A model generated the notes under the pieces. That model ran no database searches. It was not told the DNA's origin and was given only the letters and a program-made list of their open reading frames with translations. DNA of 64,000 bases from the human T2T-CHM13v2.0 reference genome, Homo sapiens: the NCBI RefSeq assembly GCF_009914755.1, contig NC_060926.1, one strand, 5' to 3'. The translations under genes and the position numbers were made by a program. Positions 30,984-44,220 of this stretch are shown here, one piece after another. Position 1 is the first letter of the stretch; each line of letters opens with the position of its first letter.

Positions 30984-32001
30984 TTACACTTTGGCATGAT
31001 TTTGCAGCAGCTGGTACCGGTTGTTCCTTTCCATGTTTAGTGCTTCCTTCAGGAGCTCTTTTAGGGCAGGCCTGGTGGTGACAAAAATCTCTCAGCATTT
31101 GCTTGTCTGTAAAGTATTTTATTTCTCCTTCGCTTATGAAGCTTAGTTTGGCTGGATATGAAATTCTGGGTTGAAAATTCTTGTCTTTAAGAATGTTGAA
31201 TATTGGCCCCCACTCTCTTCTGGCTTGTAGGGTTTCCGCCGAAAGATCTGCTGTTAGTCTGATGGGCTTCCCTTTGAGAGTAACCCGACCTTTCTCTCTG
31301 GCTGCCCTTAACATTTTTTCCTTCATTTCAACTTTGGTGAATCTGACAATTATGTGTCTTGGAGTTGCTCTTCTCGAGGAGTATCTTTGTGGCGTTCTCT
31401 GTATTTCCTGAATCTGAACGTTGGCCTGCCTTGCTAGATTGGGGAAGTTCTCCTGGATAATATCCTGCAGAGTGTTTTCCAACTTGGTTCCATTCTCCCC
31501 ATCACTTTCAGGTACACCAATCAGACGTAGATTTGGTCTTTTCACATAGTCCCATATTTCTTGGAGGCTTTGCTCATTTCTTTATATTCTTTTTTCTCTA
31601 AACTTCCCTTCTCACTTCATTTCATTCATTTCATCTTCCATCGCTGATAACCTTTCTTCCAGTTGATCGCATCGGCTCCTGAGGCTTCTGCATTCTTCAC
31701 GTAGTTCTCGAGCCTTGGTTTTCAGCTCCATCAGCTCCTTTAAGCACTTCTCTGTATTGGTTATTCTAGTTATACATTCTTCTAAATTTTTTTCAAAGTT
31801 TTCAACTTCTTTGCCTTTGGTTTGAATGTCCTCCCATAGCTCAGAGTAATTTGATCATCTGAAGCCTTCTTCTCTCAGCTCGTCAAAGTCATTCTCCATC
31901 TAGCTTTGCTCCGTTGCTGGTGAGGATCTGCGTTCCTTTGGAGGAGGAGAGGCGCTCTGCTTTTTAGAGTTTCCAGTTTTTCTGTTCTGTTTTTTCCCCA
32001 T
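30984..32001 (-). pseudogene. L1 ORF1p, disabled
   Basis: ATGGGGAAAAAACAG start at 32001; nonsense codons at about 31901 (TGG>TAG), 31856 and 31613 (CGA>TGA); +1 frameshift at about 31085. Confidence 0.95.
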
Positions 32002-32902
32002 CTTTGTGGTCTTATCTACTTTTGGTCTTTGACGATGGTGATGTACAGATGGGTTTTTGGTGTGGATGTCCTTTCTGTTTGTTAGTTTTCCTTCTAACAG
32101 ACAGGACCCTCAGCTGCAGGTCTGTTGGAATACCCTGCCGTGTGAGGTGTCAGTGTGCCCCTGCTGGGGGGTGCCTCTCAGTTAGGCTGCTCAGGGGTCA
32201 GGGGTCAGGGACCCACTTGAGGAGGCAGTCTGCCCGTTCTCAGATCTCCAGCTGCGTGCTGGGAGAACCACTGCTCTCTTCAAAGCTGTCAGACAGGGAC
32301 ATTTAAGTCTGCAGAGGTTACTCTGTCTTTTTGTTTGTCTGTGCCCTGCCCCCAGAGGTGGAGCCTACAGAGGCAGGCAGGCCTCCTTGAGCTGTGGTGG
32401 GCTCCGCCCAGTTGGAGCTTCCAGGCTGCTTTGTTTACCTAATCAAGCCTGGGCAATGGCGGGCGCCCCTCCCCCAGCCTTGCTGCCGCCTTGCGGTTTG
32501 ATCTCAGACTGCTGTGCTAGCAATCAGCGAGACTCCGTGGGCATAGGACCCTCTGAGCCAGGTGCGGGATATAATCTCGTGGTGCGCCGTTTTTTAAGCC
32601 TGTCGGAAAAGCACAGTATTCGGGTGGGAGTGACCCGATTTTCCAGGTGCCGTCCGTCACCCCTTTCTTTGACTCGGAAAGGGAACTCCCTGACCCCTTG
32701 CGCTTCCCAAGTGAGGCAATGCCTCGCCCTGCTTCGGCTCGCGCACGGTGCGCACACCCACTGACCTGCGCCCACTGTCTGGCACTCCCTAGTGAGATGA
32801 ACCCGGTACCTCAGATGGAAATGCAGAAATCACCGTCTTCTGCCTCGCTCACGCTGGGAGCTGTAGACCAGAGCTGTTCCTATTCGGCCATCTTGGCTCC
32901 TC
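32002..32902 (-). promoter_or_regulatory. L1 5' UTR: sense promoter (minus strand) and antisense promoter (plus strand); intact YY1 site
   Basis: The only CpG-rich segment of the window outside the Alus; YY1 motif CAAGATGGCC at 32886-32895. Confidence 0.85.
32456..32764 (+). CDS. L1 ORF0 (antisense ORF), open, 102 aa
   Basis: MAGAPPPALLPPCGLISDCCASNQRDSVGIGPSEPGAGYNLVVRRFL matches ORF0; ATG in GCAATGG context; expression not shown. Confidence 0.65.
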   Translation: MAGAPPPALLPPCGLISDCCASNQRDSVGIGPSEPGAGYNLVVRRFLSLSEKHSIRVGVTRFSRCRPSPLSLTRKGNSLTPCASQVRQCLALLRLAHGAHTH

Positions 32903-33394
32903 TGAACTCACCCTTTTTTATAGCTGCATAATATTCCATGGTGTATTTGTACCACATTTTCTTTATCCAGTCTATCATTGATGGGCATTTGGGTTGGTTC
33001 CATGTCTTTGCTGTTGTGAACAGTGCTGCAATAAACATATATGTGCATGTGTCTTTATAGTAGATCACTGAGAACACATGGACACAGGGAAGGGAACATC
33101 ACACACTGGGGCCTACAGGGGTGTTGGGGGCTAGGGGAGGGATAGTATCAGGAGCAATACCTAATGTAGATGACAGGTTGAGGGTTGCAGCAAACCACCA
33201 TGGCACATGTATACCTATGTAACAAACCTCCACATTGTGCACATGTACCCCAGAAATTAAAGTATAATAAAATAAATAAATAGCAAAAAAAAAAAACCCT
33301 CAGATTTTCTTCAAACAGTCTCCTTACAATCAGAAAATGGAAGAGGATGTCCAATATCACCACTTGTAGCTAACATTGCAGAAGTTTGTATCAC

Positions 33395-33695
33395 ACTGTA
33401 TAATACAGTAACCCCAGCCACATGTGACTATTGACAATTGAAGTGAGGGTAGTCTCAATGGAGATGTACTCTGAGTGTAAAATGCCCTCTGGATTTCAAA
33501 TATTTAGTAAAAAATAAGATAGATAAAAATACCTTATTTGTAATTTTATATTGATTACATGTTGACATTATAATATCCTGCCTAATAAAATGTATTATTC
33601 AGTTCAATTTAATTTGTTTCTGTTTTACTCATTTATATGCCTACTAGAAAATTTAAATTTAAATATGACTTATGTTTCTTTTGGACAAGACACTC
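33395..33695 (-). mobile_element. MER33-like hAT-Charlie element inserted in the L1M
   Basis: 'agccacatgtgactattga...ttgattacatgttga...ctactagaaaatttaaa...ttggaca'. Confidence 0.7.
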
Positions 33696-35369
33696 TTAGA
33701 CAGCGAAATAAAGGAAGTAAGTAGGACACACCTCAATTGGAAATTAAAAAGCAAAATCACAACTTTTTGCAGTTGATGTGATTATCTGCCTAAAGAAACC
33801 CAAAGTATTCATATAAATTATTAAAATTTTTTCAAAGTTCAGCAATTTTGGTAGATTAGAAATCAAAATGTTCCTCTATATTTCACCAAAATAATATAAT
33901 GAGAAACTTTTATGATAGTCCCATTTACAATAATATATTTTTTTAAAAGTCATCTAGGAATGAATCTAAACAAACAGTGTATGTGAGCGTTTGGAAGAAA
34001 TTATAACTTTATTTCAATTTCAATTTAAACTTTATTTTTATTAAAGAAAATTTAATAAATGGAGAACTTTAAAAATTTATGTAAGAACCCCCAAGACAAA
34101 ATCAGCAATTATTGCTAGAGTAACCAAGAAATTCAAAACGAGTGAAAAAAATCCCAAGAATATTTCAAAAATCCAGAGAAGCTGGTTTTAAACCTATGTA
34201 GAAGAAAAAGTTGTCAAAAATAAACAAAATGATTTTTGAGCTACATAACAATGTCAATGAACTAGATCTACCAAATACAAAAATTATTATTCATACAGTG
34301 AAATATTGCTGTAGCTTATTTGAACACCACAATTGCTAAAACATTTCATGTTTTCAATAAAACATGTTAAATCTTATATAAATTAAGTGAACAGGGAAAT
34401 ATAAGTTATTCATATTGAAAAGAAACCACAGACATCTCCACCCTACACCATATTTATTTATTTATTTCATAAATATTTCCAGTATTTAGGATTAAATACT
34501 GGAGATCATCTTTATAGTCTCAGATTTTGAAATGTGTTCTTTAAACAGGATTCAAAATGAGAGCTACAAAGAATGAGTGGTAATTTTAATCTAGTTGAAT
34601 ATTAAAACTTCTGGTGTTAAAAAGAAACTACTAAAAGGAAGACAAAAACTAAAATAATTAGAGAATATGTGATCAACATATATATATATATGACAAAAGC
34701 TTATTATTCAGAATATTTTAAAATCAAACTTCTACAAATTATTATGGAAGAGAAAAGCTATTCAAAATAAAAATACGTGAAGGAAATTGAAAGGCAGTTG
34801 AAAGAAGAGAATAAACAGATGGTCAAGGAACGTGTGGAAAGATGTTCAACCCCACTGGTAATTACGTAAATAAAAATTACAATGAAAACGAGATACAATT
34901 TTATGCCTAACAGATTGTCAAGAACAAAAACAAACAAAAAACTTGGCAACACTACACATTGATGGGGATATGGAAGGACATAAAACAAGATGCAAAAATA
35001 TTGGTGGTTGGATTTTTTTTTCCAATATTCTCAAGTCACTGATCTGTGATAAAGTCTAGGAACTGGGATTTTTGTCTTTTAAAAAAATATATATTTCTAG
35101 GTGATTTCAATGTTTATCCAATTTTGAAAACAATGCCTTATATTTTCACCCAAACGGGTATACGCACCTCAACTTTTAGATACTTAAACACTACTGTACA
35201 ATAGCAAAATTAAAGGACTTAACGGAACCTCAAAAATAGAGTGTTCCACAAAAATGTAAGTTACAGAAAAGTAGATACAGTATCACATTGGGTATTGAGA
35301 GCTCCTAAATGGCGCTATCTCCTGGAAACTTGAGTTTTGAAACTATTACAGGATAACTTACTATAAGAA

Positions 35370-37075
<1,706 letters not shown>

Positions 37076-37589
37076 AAGGTTTTCACATCTCTCATCAGAT
37101 TTATTCCAAGTATTTCATATTTTTGATGGTATTTTAAATTTCTTGGGCATTTAAAATAATTCAAAAATGAGACTTTTCATCTGAAAAAGTCTTTAAACTT
37201 GTAAATCCACATGGATATTAATTTTTAAGACATCAAGATTATAGTGACAGGAAATTTTACATGGTTGGTTTATTACAGATGATTTACTGAGGAATAAAAT
37301 CCTTAATGTGTAGGTAACACAGGCAAAATTATTCAGCAAAAACATAAATCTTTTTTGTCATACTCACAAAGAGTTGTTGGCTTAGTCTTTCTTTTCCAGT
37401 AAATTAAGGAATTCTCCACCAGATCTGCTGAGATACGTAGCATCTCAGTATCCTTGATCTATCCAGATACGTAGTATCCTACTGGATACCTAGGTATCCA
37501 GTGGACATGCTGAAGTAACATCCTGGAAACACAAGAAAGTTGACTTTTCTCTCCATTCCAAAATATCTTCCATAAAAGCCTATTGGCAG

Positions 37590-37740
37590 ATGACCCTCAA
37601 CTTCACTGAGACTCAGTTTCTCATTTGCAAAAAGGGAATGGTAACAACCTGATATGTCTTTTGTGAGGCGTAAGTCGGTGATACAATGTCTGAGTCGTAT
37701 GGCACTTTAGATGATAAAATACGGAAAACAGTACTTTTCT
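37590..37740 (+). mobile_element. MIR
   Basis: 'cttcactgagactcagtttctcatttgcaaaaaggg' MIR core. Confidence 0.65.
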
Positions 37741-38054
37741 GCTAGATGCTGGTGAATTTTCTTTTAATAAGACATCCGTGAGAAGGAGAAAACCTCCAAA
37801 GCTCATGATGGTTTGGCTACCTACTCAGAGAAACTTGGACATAATCAGTATGAGGAACTAATGAGAACAGGAAAGTCTTACTGTGCTTATATCACGTAAC
37901 ATCTACGTGTCATCAAATCCATTGACAGGGCTTTTTCAGCATAAACTTTGTCAGTCTCTTAATCTTGGCTCTTCTACATCAATTTAATAGGGTTGTCTTA
38001 AAAACAAACAAATGACAACAACGAAAAAGCCACAACAGATGGTTTATGAAATTG

Positions 38055-38560
38055 CAGAAGGCTGGAGCAGAAAGAGAGCCATAGAAACAATCTGACCACA
38101 TTCATCCATTGTAAATGTCACCTATAGCTTCCCTGTCAGGATTACCAAGGATCTCTGTTGATTACTTCCAGTGATAAGAAGTCACTTATGAGACAGGTCA
38201 TTTTATTTTAATTATCAGTTAAATAATCATTCAACTGAAATCTCCTTAATTTTCCACTCTATGGAGCTACCTAGAAAGCATCAAATTTTACTTTCTCTTG
38301 GCAGTTCCCTTATACTTGAAAACGGAATTAGGGTCCCCATTCAGTTTTCTTTCTTCAGTTAAATGTCTCCTTTTCTTTCAGTGTTATCTCCTCATTTGAA
38401 GTAGTTTTCTGGTTTTATAATACTTAACATACTAGTTGCTCTTCTCTGGATAAATTCCAAATTGTCAATTTCACTTTTAAACTTTTATGCTCAGAACTGA
38501 GTAGGATATAGCTGCTGTACTCGATGCAGAAAACTCATGCAAAAAGTAGCAGTTTTTCTC
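38055..38560 (-). mobile_element. L3/CR1 ancient LINE fragment
   Basis: 'attacttccagtgataagaagtcact', 'ctcttctctggataaattccaaattgtcaatttcac...ctcagaactga' resemble antisense CR1/L3. Confidence 0.45.
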
Positions 38561-40869
38561 CAGTGGTTATGCTCAACTGTTTTAATATACTGCTTTGTCA
38601 CACAGTCATGCCTGGGGCAGTTCAAGATCCTTCAGATCAAGACCTGGGCTCTTCTAGGAAGTAAAATACAAAGGTTTTACTGCAGAGGATACCTCTGACA
38701 GAAGTCTGTCTTTCTCTCCCTCCTTTGTATTTTAAGTTGCATTTTGTAGATAACTAAGTCAAAGCACTATTCAGCCCCTGAATAATAGAAGCAAGCCCTC
38801 TAAATAATAGAATGCATTAAATAAGAATTCCAAACATTTTATACATATGACACTTGGAAAGAGTTTTCCTGAAAGTAGCCTGAACTGTTAAAAACCTTGG
38901 TTCTAGCCATAATATTGATGATCTGTTTGAACTCCTGAGTCATACAATCTCTCATGTAGGTTAGGCTGCTAATATAATACCTTATGGCATCTAACAATGA
39001 CAAAAATCATTTTGCAGTTGAGTCAAGCTTAACCATACCATGGGCAGGTAAGTTTTTATTTAAAAAAAATTTCCTACTTGAATGCCCATCAATTCCTCTC
39101 TGCCTGGGTTATATTTGTCTCTTTATATTTTTCAATATAGTTCCCAAGAGAAAATTGATCTTATTTCCAGTTCCTAATGAAAATATGAGATTTTAAAAAA
39201 CTGTAATGAAAGGTTTCAATTTATAGAGGGTGTGTTCTCTTCCTCAATCTGGAATATCTGCAATACCTTCCCTCAAGTGAAATGTTCAGCTTATTTAGAG
39301 GATATCAGGATGGTTTGCTATTTCCTGTGCCTCATGACTGCATACGTATTTGCCATCTGATATTTAATAAAGCCATTCAAGGACCATGACATTTCGTTGG
39401 ATGGCACAGTAAGGAAAGAAGTCTGATGAGACCCAAACATGCGTGGCAGGAATTGGAGGAAGGTACAAGGAAAGTATCTTTGCTTTTGCATTTGGGAGAT
39501 TCAAAGAAGCAGGTTTTTTGTTTGTTTCTTAGAAAACAACAAAGTTGTCTCTCCCCCCTACTACACAGAACCACTTTCAGAGAAGACTTTCAAAAGCTTC
39601 GACAACAACAAAAAACTAAACTAAAACTAAACAAAGGCTCCCCGGCTACTAGAACAGGGTTTGCTTCATCTTCAAGCTGTTCTTTCACAGCCATGTCCTA
39701 GTTATGACAGTGTGGGAAGTCGGAATGACAACCACCAAACCAAACTGGTCTCTGTCTTCACCTTCTCACAGAAAAAAAAAAAAAAGCCCCATCTTGGAAT
39801 GTGCTCTGAAGATTTTCTCGTCTCACTGTAGCTAGGAAAGAATTCACCCCAGAGGCTAGAGCAACATGCTTGGCTAAGCTTCCCACAAAACCAAGGACTA
39901 CTTGCCTTAAAGGTTTTCCTTTCATTGGAATCGCTTATGCATATGTCATCACTGACTCATATCTCATAAACATGATTTACAAAAAAAGCTTGTCAGCTGG
40001 GTTTTATTAAATAGTAAATTAAAAAAAAAAACCTGCATCCAGAATATCCAACAAGCTCAACACCCACAAATTCACTGGCTCATCTTCCAGCATCATGTGG
40101 TGGTTGATAAGTCTGAAGAACACACACACACCTCATCAGCTCCCATCAAACTCTCTCTGCACCCACGGGAAAAGCTCCACATTCATAGAATTCCTCCCAC
40201 ACATGCCTGCACCCCATCAGCACAAGCAAAGATGAGGATTTACTCTGTGAGTCCAAAGAAAATAAATTGCTCCATTTATACATGACACATGAAAGAAAAA
40301 GTCATGCTTATGTCAAGCTAGAAATACACTTTTTAAAAGACAAAATTGTTACTTAAAAAAGGAAAAGTGCTTTGGCTCTGGAATGCCTGGTGGGTGCAAT
40401 AATTCAATTAAAATTCATTGTTCTGACTCTGGCAAGTATTCATTTGTTCACCAATATTTTAGAGAGATCTATTCTCATTGGTTCTTCGAGTTCATGGAAA
40501 GCTTCATGTCATCTTATTGGATTGTCTTGTATTTTAAATGATTACTATATAGGCATCCTGGGAAGATGGAAAGACATTAAAAACCCTAAATCCTAGGCAC
40601 ATCTTCTATCTACTTTACAAAATAGTGTGTATGAAATAATTCAACAGAAGCCAAGGGTATGGAATCCTTAGTAAAACCTGAAATAAGTGAACAAAATTAT
40701 GCCTTTCAGATTCTGGAAGGCATTTATATACCTTTCCACACCAGTAGTCTGGATTTAAACTGTGATGATAGGAGATCTAGGATTTATAATGAGACCAGTT
40801 TAAGTTATTGTGCTCATGATGTATTTTATTAGAGTAGCACTACTGATGACAAACATCTTTTAAAAATGG

Positions 40870-41270
40870 ATAAAGGCAGCAACATGACAGAAGTTTGTTT
40901 TCAGCTCATATAAGCCTTAAGAATTGTTTTCTTCATTAGTGCATGACTTTCCTTCCAGTTGTGATTCTGGGACCTAGTCTTCTGTCATACTGTGGCTCTG
41001 GTATCTTCAATATATGTTTTCCAAAACAAATTATCCAAGGCATCTGGGTGAATCTGAAACTAAAGGAAAGAGCATAGGAAATGACATGTAATTGACTATT
41101 GTGGACCACCATGGAAGTAGCACTTGCCACTTCTGTACACATCTCATTGGCCGGGACTCAGTCATGTAACCTCACCTAACTTCAGGGAACATTGAAAATG
41201 TCTCCTAGTTGTGTGCTCAGGAGAAAAAGAGAGTGGGTTTGGTAAATAGCAGGCCAATTTTTGCTACTCA
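40870..41270 (-). mobile_element. Old MaLR LTR (MLT1J/K-like)
   Basis: 'cacttctgtacacatctcattggccgggactcagtcatgtaacctcacctaact...ctagttgtgtgctcaggag'. Confidence 0.6.
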
Positions 41271-42414
41271 AGGAAAAGAAGAAATTCCCATTCTACCATC
41301 TTTCCTCTTGTGTGAGAAGGCATGACAAGGACCACAGCTCATCCGCATTGAGTATGTAGCAGACATTTAGGGGAAACTTTCATCAGTGATTCCAGAGACT
41401 GTTTTATTTCAGTTCCTCTCCAGAGAGTTCTCTTAACATGCAGTAAATATCAAAAATGGAGCTTCTGATAATTGTACCATGGGCCAGGGCCTTGGTATTC
41501 TGAATAATAATTACTAAGGCATTCTGTTCAATTGGGTTTTAAAGATCAATTGTATCTGAGTTGCCACATCATGGAAGGTCTTTCGATGATTTTTTTCACT
41601 GTGAAATCTATGTGCATTTGATCATGTAGACGTCCATTCTTTTGTTTTTCCATTCCTTTCAAAAACTAAATTGAGACAGCTTACAAAATAAAATTCAACA
41701 AGTAAATAGTAGACCCAACACCTTGAAAAGGGAATATTATTGGTAGTAAAATTAAATGAAGCTGGGGGTGAGGGTATTACATTTAATGTATATATGCGTC
41801 TCTTTAAAAGAGAGGGATAAAGTTGAGGGTTGTAAATAAGCTCATTTAATAGTGGCCAAAGTAAAGAATGCGACCTCAGACATGGGGCCTGTAATTATCT
41901 TTCATGCTGCCCTGATGTGCTCTTTCCTTCCAGGGACTCCCACATTTCCCTAAATCCATTAACAACAAGAACAGAATAGAGGGGAAAATGCTTGAAAAGA
42001 ATATTTAATATGAGTGATGAAATCAAGTGCTAAATTTAAAAAGAAAGGAATGGGATGGGCAATTATTATAGCAAAAAGAGAACAGGAAAAGTGAAAAGCA
42101 GAGAAAGAAAACTGGCAATCTAACTCCTTTTTGACTAGAAACAGGACACAAGAAGCAAACTGCTGGTGGTGTGTGTGTGGGGGGTGTTTAAGCAAAGATG
42201 TCAGACTCCCAAGATTAAACTAGTGAAGAATGGGAAGGGAGAGGGAGAAGAGGCAAAATGCACAAAACTCCATAAAAGGGAGCCGAGTGTCCATGTATTT
42301 GAGTAGATGGATATAAATAGAACATCACAGTATTCGGAATGTTTGTGGAACTTCTTATGATAACAACGAGCGTCCTATTTTTAATAGGATGCTTACCTTC
42401 CAAATTCTATCAAA

Positions 42415-42790
42415 ACATAACAGGAAATAAATATTAACCAAAGTACCAAAAGGCATAGTAAACATGGAGTGCATTATTGTATATATCTACAATGAATGTC
42501 TTAGTACAAAATGGGAGTTCAACTAAAAAAACAGAAATGGTTCAATAATTTATGGTGCATTTTCTGAATAAAATACTATGTAGCTATTAAAATGAATAAC
42601 GTGGAAACACCATAGCAACAAGTCTAATTGTTTATTACATAATAGCAATAAAAAAAGAAGGGTCAAGAGGATATGTGTGTTATGATTACAAGTGTGTAAA
42701 AAAACCGTGGACAAGAAATAAAAGGAAAGATTGCGAAAAATATTATGTATTGAAGATCATGGAGATAGAATTTTTATTTAAATGGTCTAA
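42415..42790 (+). mobile_element. L1ME 3' fragment
   Basis: 'aataatttatggtgcat...aatactatgtagctattaaaatgaat' L1 3' motif. Confidence 0.55.
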
Positions 42791-43333
42791 CTGGAATATT
42801 ATTATTTCAACAAGAATAAATAGAGACAGAGAGACAAAAATAAATACTGTCCAGCATCTCTTAGTGTTTGACTTAGCAAGGGTGTCTGGAAGTGTTGGGG
42901 GGACCAAGTTTGGAGCATTACCATGGATTGAAACTGTTCTCTGCTGAGACTGGGATGAACATGCACAGAAATGCCCTGGCCAGCTCTGCTTATGTCTTTG
43001 TCAGCCAGGCTGACACTCCCTTGCTCAAGTTGCAGAGAGGTCCACATGTGGTCAGTGGTCCCAGCAGGATGAGAAGCATCAAGGTCCTCCTTGCCCATCC
43101 TTGGCTCTTGTGGCCATTCCTTCAGCTTCTGCCTCAGCTTCTTCTCATGCCAGTATCAATGAAGGAGATAAATTATGTCCTCTGGGCCTCAGTTTCCTCC
43201 TGTGTCAACCTAACAGCCTGGGTGAGGATTGAGGGGAGTGCAGTACTCTCTAAAGGAGAAAGTACCATTAGGTACAGATGGGAGCTGCATGCTCCCACCT
43301 TGCCACTGTCCTCCTTTTTTTACTTCTCCTCTG

Positions 43334-43364
<31 letters not shown>

Positions 43365-44053
43365 TGCATGCACCAGCATTTATGCACAATCATGCACTCC
43401 TTCTGCTCTATATATCCTCAGCTCTGTCATTAGTTAACACAGGTTGCTCCCTCTTGGCTCCAAGAAGGACGTGCTATTATTTCTGCTTGCCAAACTCATC
43501 CTTCAAGTTCCACTGACACCTCCTTCATTTTATCGGTCTACTAACCACTTGAAATGAATGGCTTTTTGTTGTTGCCATTTATAGGACAGAATACTTTAGC
43601 ACTGTGATAAGATTATCTGTCTGGAATTTCAGAAATCCCCATATACCTGGAGAGACTGATTAACTAAGGAGATCTCTGCAATAAAGCGCTGCCACAGGTT
43701 GGTCACCATGGGAAGCCCTCTCAATGTTTCAAAGCACTTTGAGCAATATTCATTTTATTATTTAAAATAAAATATTTTTAAAAATATTATTAAATGTATT
43801 ATTTATTATTAATAGCATCAAAACTCAAGGAGTCAAGTAGAATGGAATGCATTTCTATAATAATTTTATAAATGAGAAATAGGAGGCCCGGATATATTGC
43901 AAAACACACTTAAGGTCAATATCTATTCAGTGGCAGAACTGGGAATAGAATTCAGGACTGTCTGGGCCTCAGTCCTAAGCTCCCTGAAGTACACTTGTGT
44001 TTCCCTAATGCTGATTATTACGGCTCTACGAGGTAGGAGGTTATGTCTATGTT

Positions 44054-44220
44054 AGTAGTTCTCAAACTGTAACAAGTATCAGAGTCACCAGCTGGTAGGC
44101 CCCACTTCAGACTCTCTCATGAGTTTATGATTCTGCAGATTTGGGGTAGGCTCTGGTCATTGGCATTTCGAACAAGTTTCCCAGGCAATGCTGATACCGC
44201 TGATCACTTTGAGAACCACT
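44054..44220. mobile_element. MER5A hAT-Charlie MITE
   Basis: Terminal inverted repeats agtagttctcaaact / actttgagaaccact; internal 'aacaagtttcccaggcaatgctgat'. Confidence 0.8.

Noticed and set aside
35305-35326. CTCF-like motif on the minus strand (CCAGGAGATAGCGC)
   Set aside because: Mismatches at core positions; much weaker than the site at 53065.
37421-37505. CRISPR-like repeat or pre-miRNA
   Set aside because: Primate DNA with no repeat-spacer periodicity; stems are too short and irregular for a pre-miRNA.
42892-43437. 181-aa ORF as a novel gene
   Set aside because: Non-ATG start, runs through a MIR-like core and a (TC)n(CA)n microsatellite, no recognisable domain.
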